A DNA stretch of 64,000 nt from Chitinophagales bacterium (GTDB lineage: Bacteria > Bacteroidota > Bacteroidia > Chitinophagales > BACL12). A program made the position numbers and the translations under genes. Location of the stretch: the NCBI GenBank assembly GCA_019694895.1, contig JAIBBA010000001.1, forward strand, positions 13,403 to 77,402. The letters are read 5' to 3'. Positions 43,771-52,524 of this stretch are shown here, one piece after another. The notes under the pieces are model-generated. The model searched no databases and was not told the origin of the DNA. It was given only the letters and a program-made list of their open reading frames with translations. Position 1 is the stretch's first letter. The number at the start of each line of letters is the position of its first letter.

Positions 43771-46700
43771 TTATTTTTTATTCATTGAAACTTGCTGGCC
43801 AAAAATTGTGCGAGCAGTGCCTTTATTATCATATACCACAACTTGCGATACAGCATCATTTACAACAACGGCGCGCGCACTTTGGCTGAGGTAACCTGCT
43901 CCATTGTAGAATTCCTGTTTGCGTTGTTTGCCATCACTGAAAGTGATAACAGCATATGCATCGTTGGCATTCACACCTACTGCGGTATTTTTTGCCAGTT
44001 TGAAGGCTTCCATTTTGTTGTTTGAATTGGTTGTAAGTAAAACCGGAGTTTTAGCTGCACCAACTTTTATCATGGCAAGCGATTTTGCATTCATGGCAGA
44101 ATAGAATCCGCTGTAACGTGCGTGTAATGGTGTAAATGTGCCATCGCCATTTCCTAACAACACATTACCGATACCGGCGTCTTGAGTGTTAGTTTCAATT
44201 TCTGTTTCATAGAAGTTACCATGCGCAACGATATCCAGATTGCCATCCTGATTTACATCCATTGGCACGATACCGAATGTCGATGATATCTGGATATCAT
44301 TTGGTAAGCGTTTCACTGCAAATTTGTTGTTGCCTTGGTTTTCTATATAGCTGGTATAGAATGAATTTGCTTTGTAGTGCAATTGAGAATTCTCCATGCG
44401 TTTTTTACCATAGAAATCCCAAACTTCAGCACGTCCGTAGCTATCCCAGTCAGGGAAAATAGTTTCAACATCCTTGATCTGTTCAATCATACGTTCACGT
44501 GTTTTTTCCGGATATAGTTTGTCGTGCTGCCAGTAACCCATGATGATATCGTGTGTGCCGTTATTATCGTAATCGTCATAGAACAATTCGATTGGTTTTT
44601 CTTTCGGACGATATTTCAGGTTAGTACCAAAATTTCCGGCAACATAGTCCATATCGCCATCGTTATCGAAATCACCGGCAGTTAAACTATTCCACCAGCC
44701 GGTAGATTCTGAAAGGCCTGCTGCGTTAGTGATATTTTTAAATTTACCGCCATTGTTTTCGAAAATAGTAATCGGCATCCATTCACCGGTAAGCATGAGG
44801 TCATAATCACCGTCATTATTTACATCAGTCCAAATAGCTGCTGATACAAGTCCGATTTTTTCGAGATCAGGTGCAACAGACGACGTAATGTCTGTGAATT
44901 TACCTTTGTTATTTTGGAGAATATAGCTCTTGGTAGGATAAGGATAATTACCCGGAATGATGCGTGTTCCAACAAACAAGTCGAGGTCGCCATCTTTATC
45001 GAAATCCTGAGCAGCTACAACTGAACCGCTGGAGATCATTTTAGGCAATGCATCTTTAGCCCATGAGAATTTTCCATTTCCATCATTGATATACAAACGA
45101 TCTTGCAAATGCACATCATCTTTAGGGAAATCTGAACCGCCACTTACAACATACAGGTCGTTATCATTATCACCATCAGCATCGAAGAAAATGGCACCCA
45201 TGTCTTCACTTTGGATATCTTCAGTTCCTTCAGCAAAGGAAGTTTTCGCAAATGTGCCATTTGCAGTTTGTGTGTAGATGGCACCGCTTTGATTTTTAGC
45301 ACCTCCAACAAAGAAATCGTCCATGCCGTCACCATTGATGTCTCCAACAGCAACACCGGGACCGAGATTGCTGAGTTCTTTAGGAATGAGGAATTCGCGA
45401 TCGAAATCATCGAATTCATTTTCTTTATGTACGAAATCAACTTTCAGATCTTCAGTTGCATTTACAAATAATGCATCCGGTTTCGGAACAGCAGATTTTA
45501 TAGGTTTCATTGCAGTGCTGTGATCAACAACAACTGTTTGATTTGCAGCAACATTTGTGAGCACATTTTCTTTTCCATCTAGCCAACGTACAACTAATTG
45601 ATCAACTTTTTCAGCTGAGCCAATTCCGAAATGGGCAACCGGTTCTGAACATGAAAGGTAACCTTTCACCGTTTCCATTTGCACCATTTGTGTGCCTGTA
45701 GAAGTTGTTACATACACTTTTGCTCCAAGGCCTTCAGGATTTCCTTTTTCGCCTTTGAGGTCGACACGTAAATATTTGTTGGTATTTAATTTACTGCTGT
45801 TATTGCGGGCAATAAATGCTTCCATATTTGCATTACTAACTACGATATCTACGTCGCCATCATTATCAAAATCGGCATAGGCAGCGCCATAAGAAGTAGA
45901 TGGGAAATACAATCCCCAGTCTTCACGAACATCAGTGAACGTTAAATCACCATTGTTATGGAACATAGCGTTAGGCCATTCGAGTACTGAGCTTTCAGGT
46001 ATTTGTTTACGCAACTCATAATATTCTGTAGAATCAGATAAGCGGTTTGCGCGAGTCAATTTCACGTAAACTTCCATGATATCCATATGGCTATCTTTCA
46101 GGAAGCCGTTTGATACATAAAGGTCTTTATAACCATCATTATCATAATCGGCGAACAATGGGCTCCAGCTCCAGCCGGTAGTAGATACACCTGCAAAGTT
46201 TGCAACCTCGGAGAATTTACCGACACCGTTATTTAATTGCAATGCATTGCGACCATATTGTTGCAAATAACCACCGTTCACCAATGTGCGGAGGAATGTT
46301 TGCTTATTAGATTGCATAAATGTTTTCGTGCCGTAATTTCCTTCAATGTCCATATCAACAGTGAACATATCGAGGAGCATGTCATTATTATAGTCGGCCA
46401 GATCGGTACCCATACCATAATATGCTGTTTTCATCAACACATCGCGGCTAGATTCTTTAAAGGTTCCGTTACCTTGGTTCAGGTAAGTATAGTCATGCAT
46501 GATGTAGTCGTTTCCTACGAACACATCCATCCAACCATCGTCGTTGATATCACCTGTAGTTACAGATAATCCGAATCCGTGGTTATTGATACCTACTTCT
46601 TTATGGCATTCTGTGAATTTGCCATTTCCTTCATTGCGATAGAAGCGGTTACTCATGTTGGTACCTTCTTCTATTTTCTGGAAGTTCTTTTGTTTGTTTT

Positions 46701-47373
46701 TGTCTTTGAAATCGGTAGGGTGGGTTACTACATACAAATCAAGATCTCCGTCGTTATCGGCATCGAAGAAGTTGGCATGCGTTGAATAGCTATCATCGTC
46801 GATACCGTATTCTTTTGCTTTTTCAGTAAAAGTGCCATCGCCGTTATTTACATATAACAGATTGCGGCGTTTTTCAGGATCTTCGAATCGTGCGCGACAA
46901 ACATAGATGTCTTTCCATCCATCTTCATTGATGTCAACAACGGTAACACCGGTACTCCAGCCCGGTTTTTTGTTGATACCACTTTTTGCAGTAACATCTT
47001 CGAATTGCATGCCACCTTTGTTGAGGAACATGCGATCCGGAACTACGTTTCCTGCAAAATACAGGTCTTGAAGACCATCATTATTGAAATCGCCCACACC
47101 TACACCGGCGCCATTATAGGAATAGCCATAGCGGTAATAGTTGAGGTCAAAGGTTTCAATAAGTTCATTATTGAAGTTGATCCCTGTCGTTTTGCTGGAA
47201 AGCAGATCAAACATCTTTCCTGACTCGCCATCGGTTTGTACGATTTTGGCTTTGTCGATGTTCTCAGTGAATTTCCAGTCGTTGAGATACTCTTTACTGC
47301 CCTTGTTAGAACCACAGCTGCTTAAAATGGTAAGCACACTTAGGCCAAGGATTACGGATTGTGAAGCTTTCAT
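43771..47373 (-). CDS. FG-GAP/VCBS-repeat plus ASPIC/UnbV-domain lipoprotein (CRTAC1-like), paralog 2
   Basis: Lipobox TILSSC. Collinear with and clearly homologous to the neighbour along its full length (same motif order, for example GLGAKVYV...VKGYLSCSEPVAHFGIGSAEKVDQLVVRWLDG). The gap to paralog 1 is 27 bp. Confidence 0.88.
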   Translation of the reverse strand: MKASQSVILGLSVLTILSSCGSNKGSKEYLNDWKFTENIDKAKIVQTDGESGKMFDLLSSKTTGINFNNELIETFDLNYYRYGYSYNGAGVGVGDFNNDGLQDLYFAGNVVPDRMFLNKGGMQFEDVTAKSGINKKPGWSTGVTVVDINEDGWKDIYVCRARFEDPEKRRNLLYVNNGDGTFTEKAKEYGIDDDSYSTHANFFDADNDGDLDLYVVTHPTDFKDKNKQKNFQKIEEGTNMSNRFYRNEGNGKFTECHKEVGINNHGFGLSVTTGDINDDGWMDVFVGNDYIMHDYTYLNQGNGTFKESSRDVLMKTAYYGMGTDLADYNNDMLLDMFTVDMDIEGNYGTKTFMQSNKQTFLRTLVNGGYLQQYGRNALQLNNGVGKFSEVANFAGVSTTGWSWSPLFADYDNDGYKDLYVSNGFLKDSHMDIMEVYVKLTRANRLSDSTEYYELRKQIPESSVLEWPNAMFHNNGDLTFTDVREDWGLYFPSTSYGAAYADFDNDGDVDIVVSNANMEAFIARNNSSKLNTNKYLRVDLKGEKGNPEGLGAKVYVTTSTGTQMVQMETVKGYLSCSEPVAHFGIGSAEKVDQLVVRWLDGKENVLTNVAANQTVVVDHSTAMKPIKSAVPKPDALFVNATEDLKVDFVHKENEFDDFDREFLIPKELSNLGPGVAVGDINGDGMDDFFVGGAKNQSGAIYTQTANGTFAKTSFAEGTEDIQSEDMGAIFFDADGDNDNDLYVVSGGSDFPKDDVHLQDRLYINDGNGKFSWAKDALPKMISSGSVVAAQDFDKDGDLDLFVGTRIIPGNYPYPTKSYILQNNKGKFTDITSSVAPDLEKIGLVSAAIWTDVNNDGDYDLMLTGEWMPITIFENNGGKFKNITNAAGLSESTGWWNSLTAGDFDNDGDMDYVAGNFGTNLKYRPKEKPIELFYDDYDNNGTHDIIMGYWQHDKLYPEKTRERMIEQIKDVETIFPDWDSYGRAEVWDFYGKKRMENSQLHYKANSFYTSYIENQGNNKFAVKRLPNDIQISSTFGIVPMDVNQDGNLDIVAHGNFYETEIETNTQDAGIGNVLLGNGDGTFTPLHARYSGFYSAMNAKSLAMIKVGAAKTPVLLTTNSNNKMEAFKLAKNTAVGVNANDAYAVITFSDGKQRKQEFYNGAGYLSQSARAVVVNDAVSQVVVYDNKGTARTIFGQQVSMNKK

Positions 47374-47532
47374 GCCTTGTTTACGGTTTGAACTGCAAAG
47401 GTAACCTGCTTAAAAGGGGGGTAAGTACGACCTCTGTAAATGTTTTGTTAATGGGGTGCCGATGGCTAAATTTGCTTAATTTTGCAGCGATTATTTCAAT
47501 CACTCAACTGCTAAACTAAAATCTTAGAAGTC

Positions 47533-48927
47533 ATGAAATTAAAACACTTACCTGTCGTTGTACTTACAGGTGCCGTGCTTTTTGCCACAGGATGCGGAAA
47601 AAAATCCGGTGGAGGAGAGAACCCACTTTACAACGATGCTTCCAAACCTTCCAGTGAAGAAAGCGCAGCTTTCCTTCTTGATTGGTGGAATGCGATGTTC
47701 CAATTTGTAGCCAGCGAACGTTTGTCTCCGCCAGATGCTGCGCGTATGTATGCATACATTTCTGTAGGCCTATATGAAGCACAGATAGCCGGTACGCCCG
47801 ATTATTTAACTCTTGAAGGTCAGCTTACAGATCTCAAAGGTCTTCCAAGACCTGAAAAAGGTCAAGTATATGACTGGCAAACATGCGTAACCGAAACCAT
47901 GTATTTGGTTCAGGATGGTATGTTGGCACGTTACTTCCCTGCAGGGGTAAGTACGTTGAATAAATTATACGATAAGCAAATGGAAAGCCGCAAAGCTGCC
48001 GGTGTTACCGATGAAGTAATTGAGCGTTCTAAAGCTTATGGTGAAGAACTTGCAGACGCGATTCTTGAATGGAGCGAAAACGACGGATACGTGCAAACTC
48101 GCTACAAGCAATATAAAGCGCCTTCACGCGAAGGACATCCGGAATTGTGGGAACCAACAGATTTCAACCAAACAGCGTTGGAACCATTCTGGGGTGAACA
48201 TCGTCCTTTCTTTATAAAATCTGCTTCACAGTGTGATATCGATAAGGCACCTGCTTACCACGGAGTTGGTGACACTACAGGAGAGCTTTACAAACAAGCA
48301 CTGAAAGTATGGCAGGTGGATAAAACATTGACTGAAGAACAACGCACCATCGCTCAATTCTGGGCTGATGATCCAAGTGAAACGTCTACGCCTCCCGGAC
48401 ACTGGATGGAAATCCTTGGTAATTTCGTTAAGTCTGAGGACATGAAACTCGACCGTGCAGCTGAGTTGTATGCGTTAACAGCTACAGCGATGAACGATGC
48501 CTGTATTGCGGTATGGTATACTAAATACCGTGTAAATCTGGTTCGACCAAAAACGGTTATTCATGAAAATATTGAACCAACTTGGGAACCATATGTTGAG
48601 ACACCTCCATTTGCAGGATATACTTCAGGTCACTCAGGATTCAGTGGTGCTGCGGCTACCATCATGTCCGGATTGATTGGAGACAACCTTGCATTTACAG
48701 ATAGTTCACATGTAAACATCGGTTTATTACCACGCAATTTTGCATCATTCCAGGCTGCTGCTGATGAAGCTGCTTACAGTCGTATGTATGGTGGTATTCA
48801 CTTCGACTGCGACATTCTTGATGGTGTTGAGCAAGGCCGTTGTGTAGGTAACTACTATCTCGAAAATATTAAAACACACCCTGCACGCAAAACTGCTGCA
48901 AAAGGTGAAGCCAAAAAAGAAGAATAA
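47533..48927 (+). CDS. vanadium-dependent haloperoxidase / PAP2-superfamily lipoprotein
   Basis: Lipobox LFATGC. All three PAP2/V-HPO motifs are present: KYRVNLVRP (Kx6RP), YTSGHSG (SGH), SRMYGGIHFDCD (SRx5Hx3D). Confidence 0.8.
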   Translation: MKLKHLPVVVLTGAVLFATGCGKKSGGGENPLYNDASKPSSEESAAFLLDWWNAMFQFVASERLSPPDAARMYAYISVGLYEAQIAGTPDYLTLEGQLTDLKGLPRPEKGQVYDWQTCVTETMYLVQDGMLARYFPAGVSTLNKLYDKQMESRKAAGVTDEVIERSKAYGEELADAILEWSENDGYVQTRYKQYKAPSREGHPELWEPTDFNQTALEPFWGEHRPFFIKSASQCDIDKAPAYHGVGDTTGELYKQALKVWQVDKTLTEEQRTIAQFWADDPSETSTPPGHWMEILGNFVKSEDMKLDRAAELYALTATAMNDACIAVWYTKYRVNLVRPKTVIHENIEPTWEPYVETPPFAGYTSGHSGFSGAAATIMSGLIGDNLAFTDSSHVNIGLLPRNFASFQAAADEAAYSRMYGGIHFDCDILDGVEQGRCVGNYYLENIKTHPARKTAAKGEAKKEE

Positions 48928-48950
48928 TAAACCATTAAACCACAGAAACA

Positions 48951-49487
48951 ATGAAAAGGATATTAAATATCTGCCTGATGGTTGCCTTTATAGGCCTCGC
49001 CGCTGTTAAGTCTAACGGACAGGTGGTGATGAAAGACTTTCTTACAGAGGACCATGTAGGTAAAGTTGATAAGGCAGCGAATATGAACGGTGGTGCTCTA
49101 TATTACAAATTCGAGTATGTAAGTACTGAAGGAGCACGTATCAATTACAAATTGCATTTGTATAAAGACAAAGGCATGTCAACGCCATGGATGAGCTTTG
49201 ATGTGTTGATGCGCAATCTTAACTGGACTTATTATGTCGATATTACGATGTCTAAGGACGGTGCAGACAAGGTAGCCGCATTGATTTTCAAAAAAGACCT
49301 TCGTTGGGGTCGTGTGAAATTCTCGCCACATGAAGGTTGTGGCCGAACAAACCCACCTGTATGGGAGCGTTACACCATCGGCGAACAAAAAGGAACACCT
49401 GAAGAGCTATATGCCGGTCTTTTGAATAATTACCTGATGCAGCTCGACAAAAACGTTGATTTTAATTGCTACGCAGGAAGTAAATAA
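48951..49487 (+). CDS. hypothetical secreted protein
   Basis: Signal peptide MKRILNICLMVAFIGLAAVKSNGQ. Starts 23 nt after the haloperoxidase-like gene and is followed by a strong terminator. No family recognised. Confidence 0.5.
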   Translation: MKRILNICLMVAFIGLAAVKSNGQVVMKDFLTEDHVGKVDKAANMNGGALYYKFEYVSTEGARINYKLHLYKDKGMSTPWMSFDVLMRNLNWTYYVDITMSKDGADKVAALIFKKDLRWGRVKFSPHEGCGRTNPPVWERYTIGEQKGTPEELYAGLLNNYLMQLDKNVDFNCYAGSK

Positions 49488-49511
49488 TCTGCCGTATCTA
49501 ATACATTCATG

Positions 49512-49546
49512 AAAGGCGTTGTGCACAACAACGCCTTTCTTATTTT
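49512..49546 (+). terminator. Rho-independent terminator
   Basis: AAAGGCGTTGT gcac ACAACGCCTTT followed by CTTATTTTT. Confidence 0.8.
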
Positions 49547-49557
49547 TACACCCACAT

Positions 49558-50706
49558 ATGCAACAACGCATTATAGTAAAAACATTTCAGGGATTTGAAA
49601 GCATACTGGCGTCAGAATTGTTTGCGCTTGGAGCTACGGATGTTGAGGTGTTAAACAGGGCTGTGCAATTTAAGGGTGATAAAGCCCTGTTATATGCCGC
49701 AAATATTCACCTGCGTACGGGATTAAAAGTGATGATACCGCTTTTAGAAGGCAGAGCCCGCAATGAACAACAATTGTACGACCTGGTGAAACAATTCGAT
49801 TGGGGTGATGTAATGCGTGTTGATGATACTTTTAGTATTTCTCAAGCCATTTATTCGAGGTTTTTTCCGCATGGAAATTATGCTGCATTGAAAATCAAAG
49901 ATGCCATTGCAGACCATTTCCGTGATGCTTTCGGAATGCGACCAAGTGTGGACAGGGATAATGCAGTAATTCAATTACACGTGCATATTGCTGAAGACCA
50001 GATTCAAATTTCACTTGATAGCTCGGGCGACAGTCTCCACTTGAGAGGATACCGCACCGGAACTCATGCTGCACCGATGAGTGAAGTGCAGGCAGCCGGC
50101 TTGATCTTGCTGAGTGGTTGGGATCAGAAAACTACATTTTATGACCCTATGTGTGGCAGCGGCACTATGCCTATTGAAGCAGCACTTATTGCTGCGAATG
50201 TTGCTCCCGGACTCATCAGAAAACACTTTGCATTTCAGCGTTGGCACGACTATGACACCGCTCTCTACCGACAGCTTATTTTGGATGCTGCAGCTAAGGT
50301 GAAGCGAAATAAATTACATGTGTTAGGATCAGATATCAATGGCAGGAACGTGGATCTTGCACAGGCGCATGCTATTGCCGCGCTTCCTGACATGAAGATA
50401 CCATTCTTCAAAAAAGACTTTCAGCTTGCAGATCCGCCTCCAGAAAAGGGTGTTGTGATTATGAATCCGCCCTATGGTGAGCGATTACAGCACGCCGATA
50501 TGATAGCATTTTATCAGATGATTGGCAACGTGCTCAAACAAAAATATGCCGGTTGGACAGCCTGGGTTTTCACCGGTAATCTGGAAGCAGCAAAGTTTAT
50601 CGGCCTCAAACCATCCGAAAAATACAAACTCAAAAACGGACCATTGGATGCCCTGTTTTTGAGATTCGATATTAGAGAAGGTAAGTTCTGGAAGGGGCAG
50701 GGGTGA
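49558..50706 (+). CDS. THUMP-domain class I SAM-dependent RNA methyltransferase (RlmL/K N-terminal-like)
   Basis: N-terminal ferredoxin-like/THUMP region, SAM motif DPMCGSGTMPIEA, catalytic NPPYGERL. ATG 49558 was chosen because the ORF-track start lies inside the upstream terminator. The stop TGA (50704-50706) lies inside the first unit of a tandem repeat. Confidence 0.88.
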   Translation: MQQRIIVKTFQGFESILASELFALGATDVEVLNRAVQFKGDKALLYAANIHLRTGLKVMIPLLEGRARNEQQLYDLVKQFDWGDVMRVDDTFSISQAIYSRFFPHGNYAALKIKDAIADHFRDAFGMRPSVDRDNAVIQLHVHIAEDQIQISLDSSGDSLHLRGYRTGTHAAPMSEVQAAGLILLSGWDQKTTFYDPMCGSGTMPIEAALIAANVAPGLIRKHFAFQRWHDYDTALYRQLILDAAAKVKRNKLHVLGSDINGRNVDLAQAHAIAALPDMKIPFFKKDFQLADPPPEKGVVIMNPPYGERLQHADMIAFYQMIGNVLKQKYAGWTAWVFTGNLEAAKFIGLKPSEKYKLKNGPLDALFLRFDIREGKFWKGQG

Positions 50707-50735
50707 GTGGGTGAGTGGTGAGTGGTGAGTGGGTG
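50700..50735 (+). repeat. tandem GGG(G)TGAGT / GGTGAGT array (about 4.5 units)
   Basis: GGGGTGAGT GGGTGAGT GGTGAGT GGTGAGT GGGTG. The array begins within the last codons of the THUMP methyltransferase gene. Confidence 0.9.
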
Positions 50736-50766
50736 CATTTGTCTCACTACTCAATACCCACTACCG

Positions 50767-50828
50767 AATCGTGACTCGTGAATCGTGAATCGTGAATCGT
50801 GAGTGGGTGAGTGGGTCAGTGGGTGAGT
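50767..50828 (+). repeat. phased heptamer/octamer tandem array homologous to 17714-17783
   Basis: AATCGTG ACTCGTG AATCGTG AATCGTG AATCGTG AGTGGGTG AGTGGGTC AGTGGGTG AGT. Flanks CACTACT...CTACC (left) and TTTACCT (right) are shared with the 17.7-kb locus. Confidence 0.93.
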
Positions 50829-50863
50829 TTACCTCGCCGAGAAGGCGGGTGGTGAGTTATTTC

Positions 50864-50889
50864 CCCGACCTGCGGTCGGGATTTTTTTT
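50864..50889 (+). terminator. Rho-independent terminator embedded in the repeat element
   Basis: CCCGACC tgc GGTCGGG A TTTTTTTT. Confidence 0.8.
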
Positions 50890-50901
50890 GCCTTTAATAA
50901 A

Positions 50902-50954
50902 ACTCACCCACTCACCCACTCTCCTTTCTCCTTTCTCCTCTCTCCTCCTTTTTC
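50902..50954 (+). repeat. inverted arm (ACTCACCC x2) followed by a CTCCTYY heptamer array in a 36-nt pure pyrimidine tract
   Basis: ACTCACCC ACTCACCC ACT, then CTCCTTT CTCCTTT CTCCTCT CTCCTCC TTTTTC. Positions 50919-50954 contain only C and T. Confidence 0.9.
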
Positions 50955-50980
50955 AACAGGTTATCCACATATGCCGAAAA

Positions 50981-51131
50981 TTGTGTACACAACTCCTGAA
51001 TCCCATGTACCGCAAGGCGTCTGTTGTACCTGAAACCCTGTACTGACAAGGGGTTTAAATTTCGAAAGGGGTAGGTACATGTGTGTGGATATTGTAGTTG
51101 TACCACATAAATGCCTCTGTACCAAAGTACT
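50981..51131. promoter_or_regulatory. cluster of TGTACC/GTAC motifs, including a 12-bp perfect palindrome (candidate regulator-binding array)
   Basis: GTAC starts at 50985, 51007, 51026, 51040, 51075, 51100, 51119 and 51127. TGTACC occurs 4 times on the plus strand and once on the minus strand. TTGTGTACACAA (50981-50992) is a perfect palindrome. The cluster lies upstream of the 51245 gene. Confidence 0.35.
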
Positions 51132-51244
51132 GTGTGCATTAGATTATTTCGTTGAGATAGTGGTTTCATTCAATTTTGAATAAGGCAAGGGGGCTATCTG
51201 CGGTCCGGTTCAACCGCAATGGCGAAAAATCCTGCCTGTCTTGT

Positions 51245-52231
51245 ATGAATGAAGAGAAGAAAAGCGGTACCCGTGGAAGGGTGCTGTACTTGTTACTCAT
51301 CCTACTTCTTCTGGGGATGAACGGATGGTTGTTCTTCAATGCGGCTCAAAACAAAGACGACCGCGAGAAGAGTGCCCGTTTGTTGGAAGAAGCCAAGATT
51401 GTAAACGCACAACTGGAGCAACAGTATCAGACTGCAAAGAAGCAGTTAGACGATCAGAAGGGTGATTTCACCCAGAAAGACAGTCTTATTGCGGTATTGG
51501 AGGCTGAATTGACTTCTCGAAGGAATGAGATCAATGCCCTGTTGAAGACTTGTGATTTCTTCAAAGGCAATGTAAAAACCAATGAGAAGAAAATTGATGA
51601 GGTGAAAGAGGAAGTGAAGACGATGGAAGTAGATTGTAGTTCTTACAAGGCTCAGCTCGACGAACTAAACGCGCGTTATCTGGCATTGCAGGAAGATTAT
51701 GAAGAACTGCAATTCTTGTATGAGCAGGAAGTTGAGCGCAGTGAACAGTTGCAATTTGACAAAGATTCGATTCTTGATCTTGCCGGTTTCATTTTGTCGA
51801 AAGACATCAATATTACCGGTGTTCGCAAAAAAGGAAATGGCAATGATTCAGAAGGACAAAATGCGAAGCATACTGAAATGTTGAAAGTATGTTTTGATGT
51901 GTTGCCGAATAGATTATCGGCGGGTAAGAATCAAACATTTTTACTGCGTATCATAAGCCCGACAGGTAAAGTGTTATACGATCAGACAAGTGGCTCAGGA
52001 GAGTTTGTGAATAAGGAAAAACCTGAAGACAATACTTATACCACCAGCCTTACAGTAAAATATGACGGAGGTGAAGTTGAGAGTCACTGTGTATATTGGG
52101 AACAATCAGATGAATTTAAACCGGGAACTTATACCGTAAAAATTTATCACAATGGATACCTTTCAAGTCGCAGTTCATTTACCTTGAAAAAACCGGTAAT
52201 GGAAGACTTGATGGATAAAGTTAAAGGGTAG
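51245..52231 (+). CDS. membrane-anchored coiled-coil protein with C-terminal beta-rich domain (hypothetical)
   Basis: ATG 51245 gives MNEEKKSGTRGRVLYLLLILLLLGMNGWLFF, an N-terminal TM anchor. About 170 aa of heptad-rich E/K/Q/L sequence follow, then a ~150-aa beta-type domain. The ORF-track start at 51176 is a TTG. Confidence 0.6.
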   Translation: MNEEKKSGTRGRVLYLLLILLLLGMNGWLFFNAAQNKDDREKSARLLEEAKIVNAQLEQQYQTAKKQLDDQKGDFTQKDSLIAVLEAELTSRRNEINALLKTCDFFKGNVKTNEKKIDEVKEEVKTMEVDCSSYKAQLDELNARYLALQEDYEELQFLYEQEVERSEQLQFDKDSILDLAGFILSKDINITGVRKKGNGNDSEGQNAKHTEMLKVCFDVLPNRLSAGKNQTFLLRIISPTGKVLYDQTSGSGEFVNKEKPEDNTYTTSLTVKYDGGEVESHCVYWEQSDEFKPGTYTVKIYHNGYLSSRSSFTLKKPVMEDLMDKVKG

Positions 52232-52257
52232 CTTTTTGCTATAAGTATGAAAGGAGA

Positions 52258-52284
52258 AACCTCGGGTAACACCGGGGTTTTTTT
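52258..52284 (+). terminator. Rho-independent terminator
   Basis: AACCTCGG gtaaca CCGGGGTT followed by a T-run. Confidence 0.75.
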
Positions 52285-52524
52285 ATAGGATGATTTTGAT
52301 GAGCCTTTTGTTATGCGTGAATATTTAATTTTATCAGAAATTAATTGTCGGCAGCTGCATTAGAAAATATATTGCTTTTTTCTGGTTAATTTTTGAATTG
52401 TTAATATCCCGGATTTAGCAAATAATTTGAAATTATACCCAAATATCGTGAATTCTTCTTTGGTGCTATTGCAATCGTCCATGTAGCTTTGACGAATCAA
52501 TTTTATTAAAAGTAATAAATTGTA

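Noticed and set aside
50694-50828. G-quadruplex potential of the GGGG/GGG runs (GGGGCAGGGGTGAGTGGGTGAGTGG... and GTGGGTGAGTGGGTCAGTGGGTG).
   Set aside because: Each block has only three closely spaced G3 tracts. The fourth G3 tract is more than 15 nt away, so the strict G3+N1-7 x4 rule is not met. Two-tetrad GG structures are possible but weak. I note it but do not promote it to a finding.
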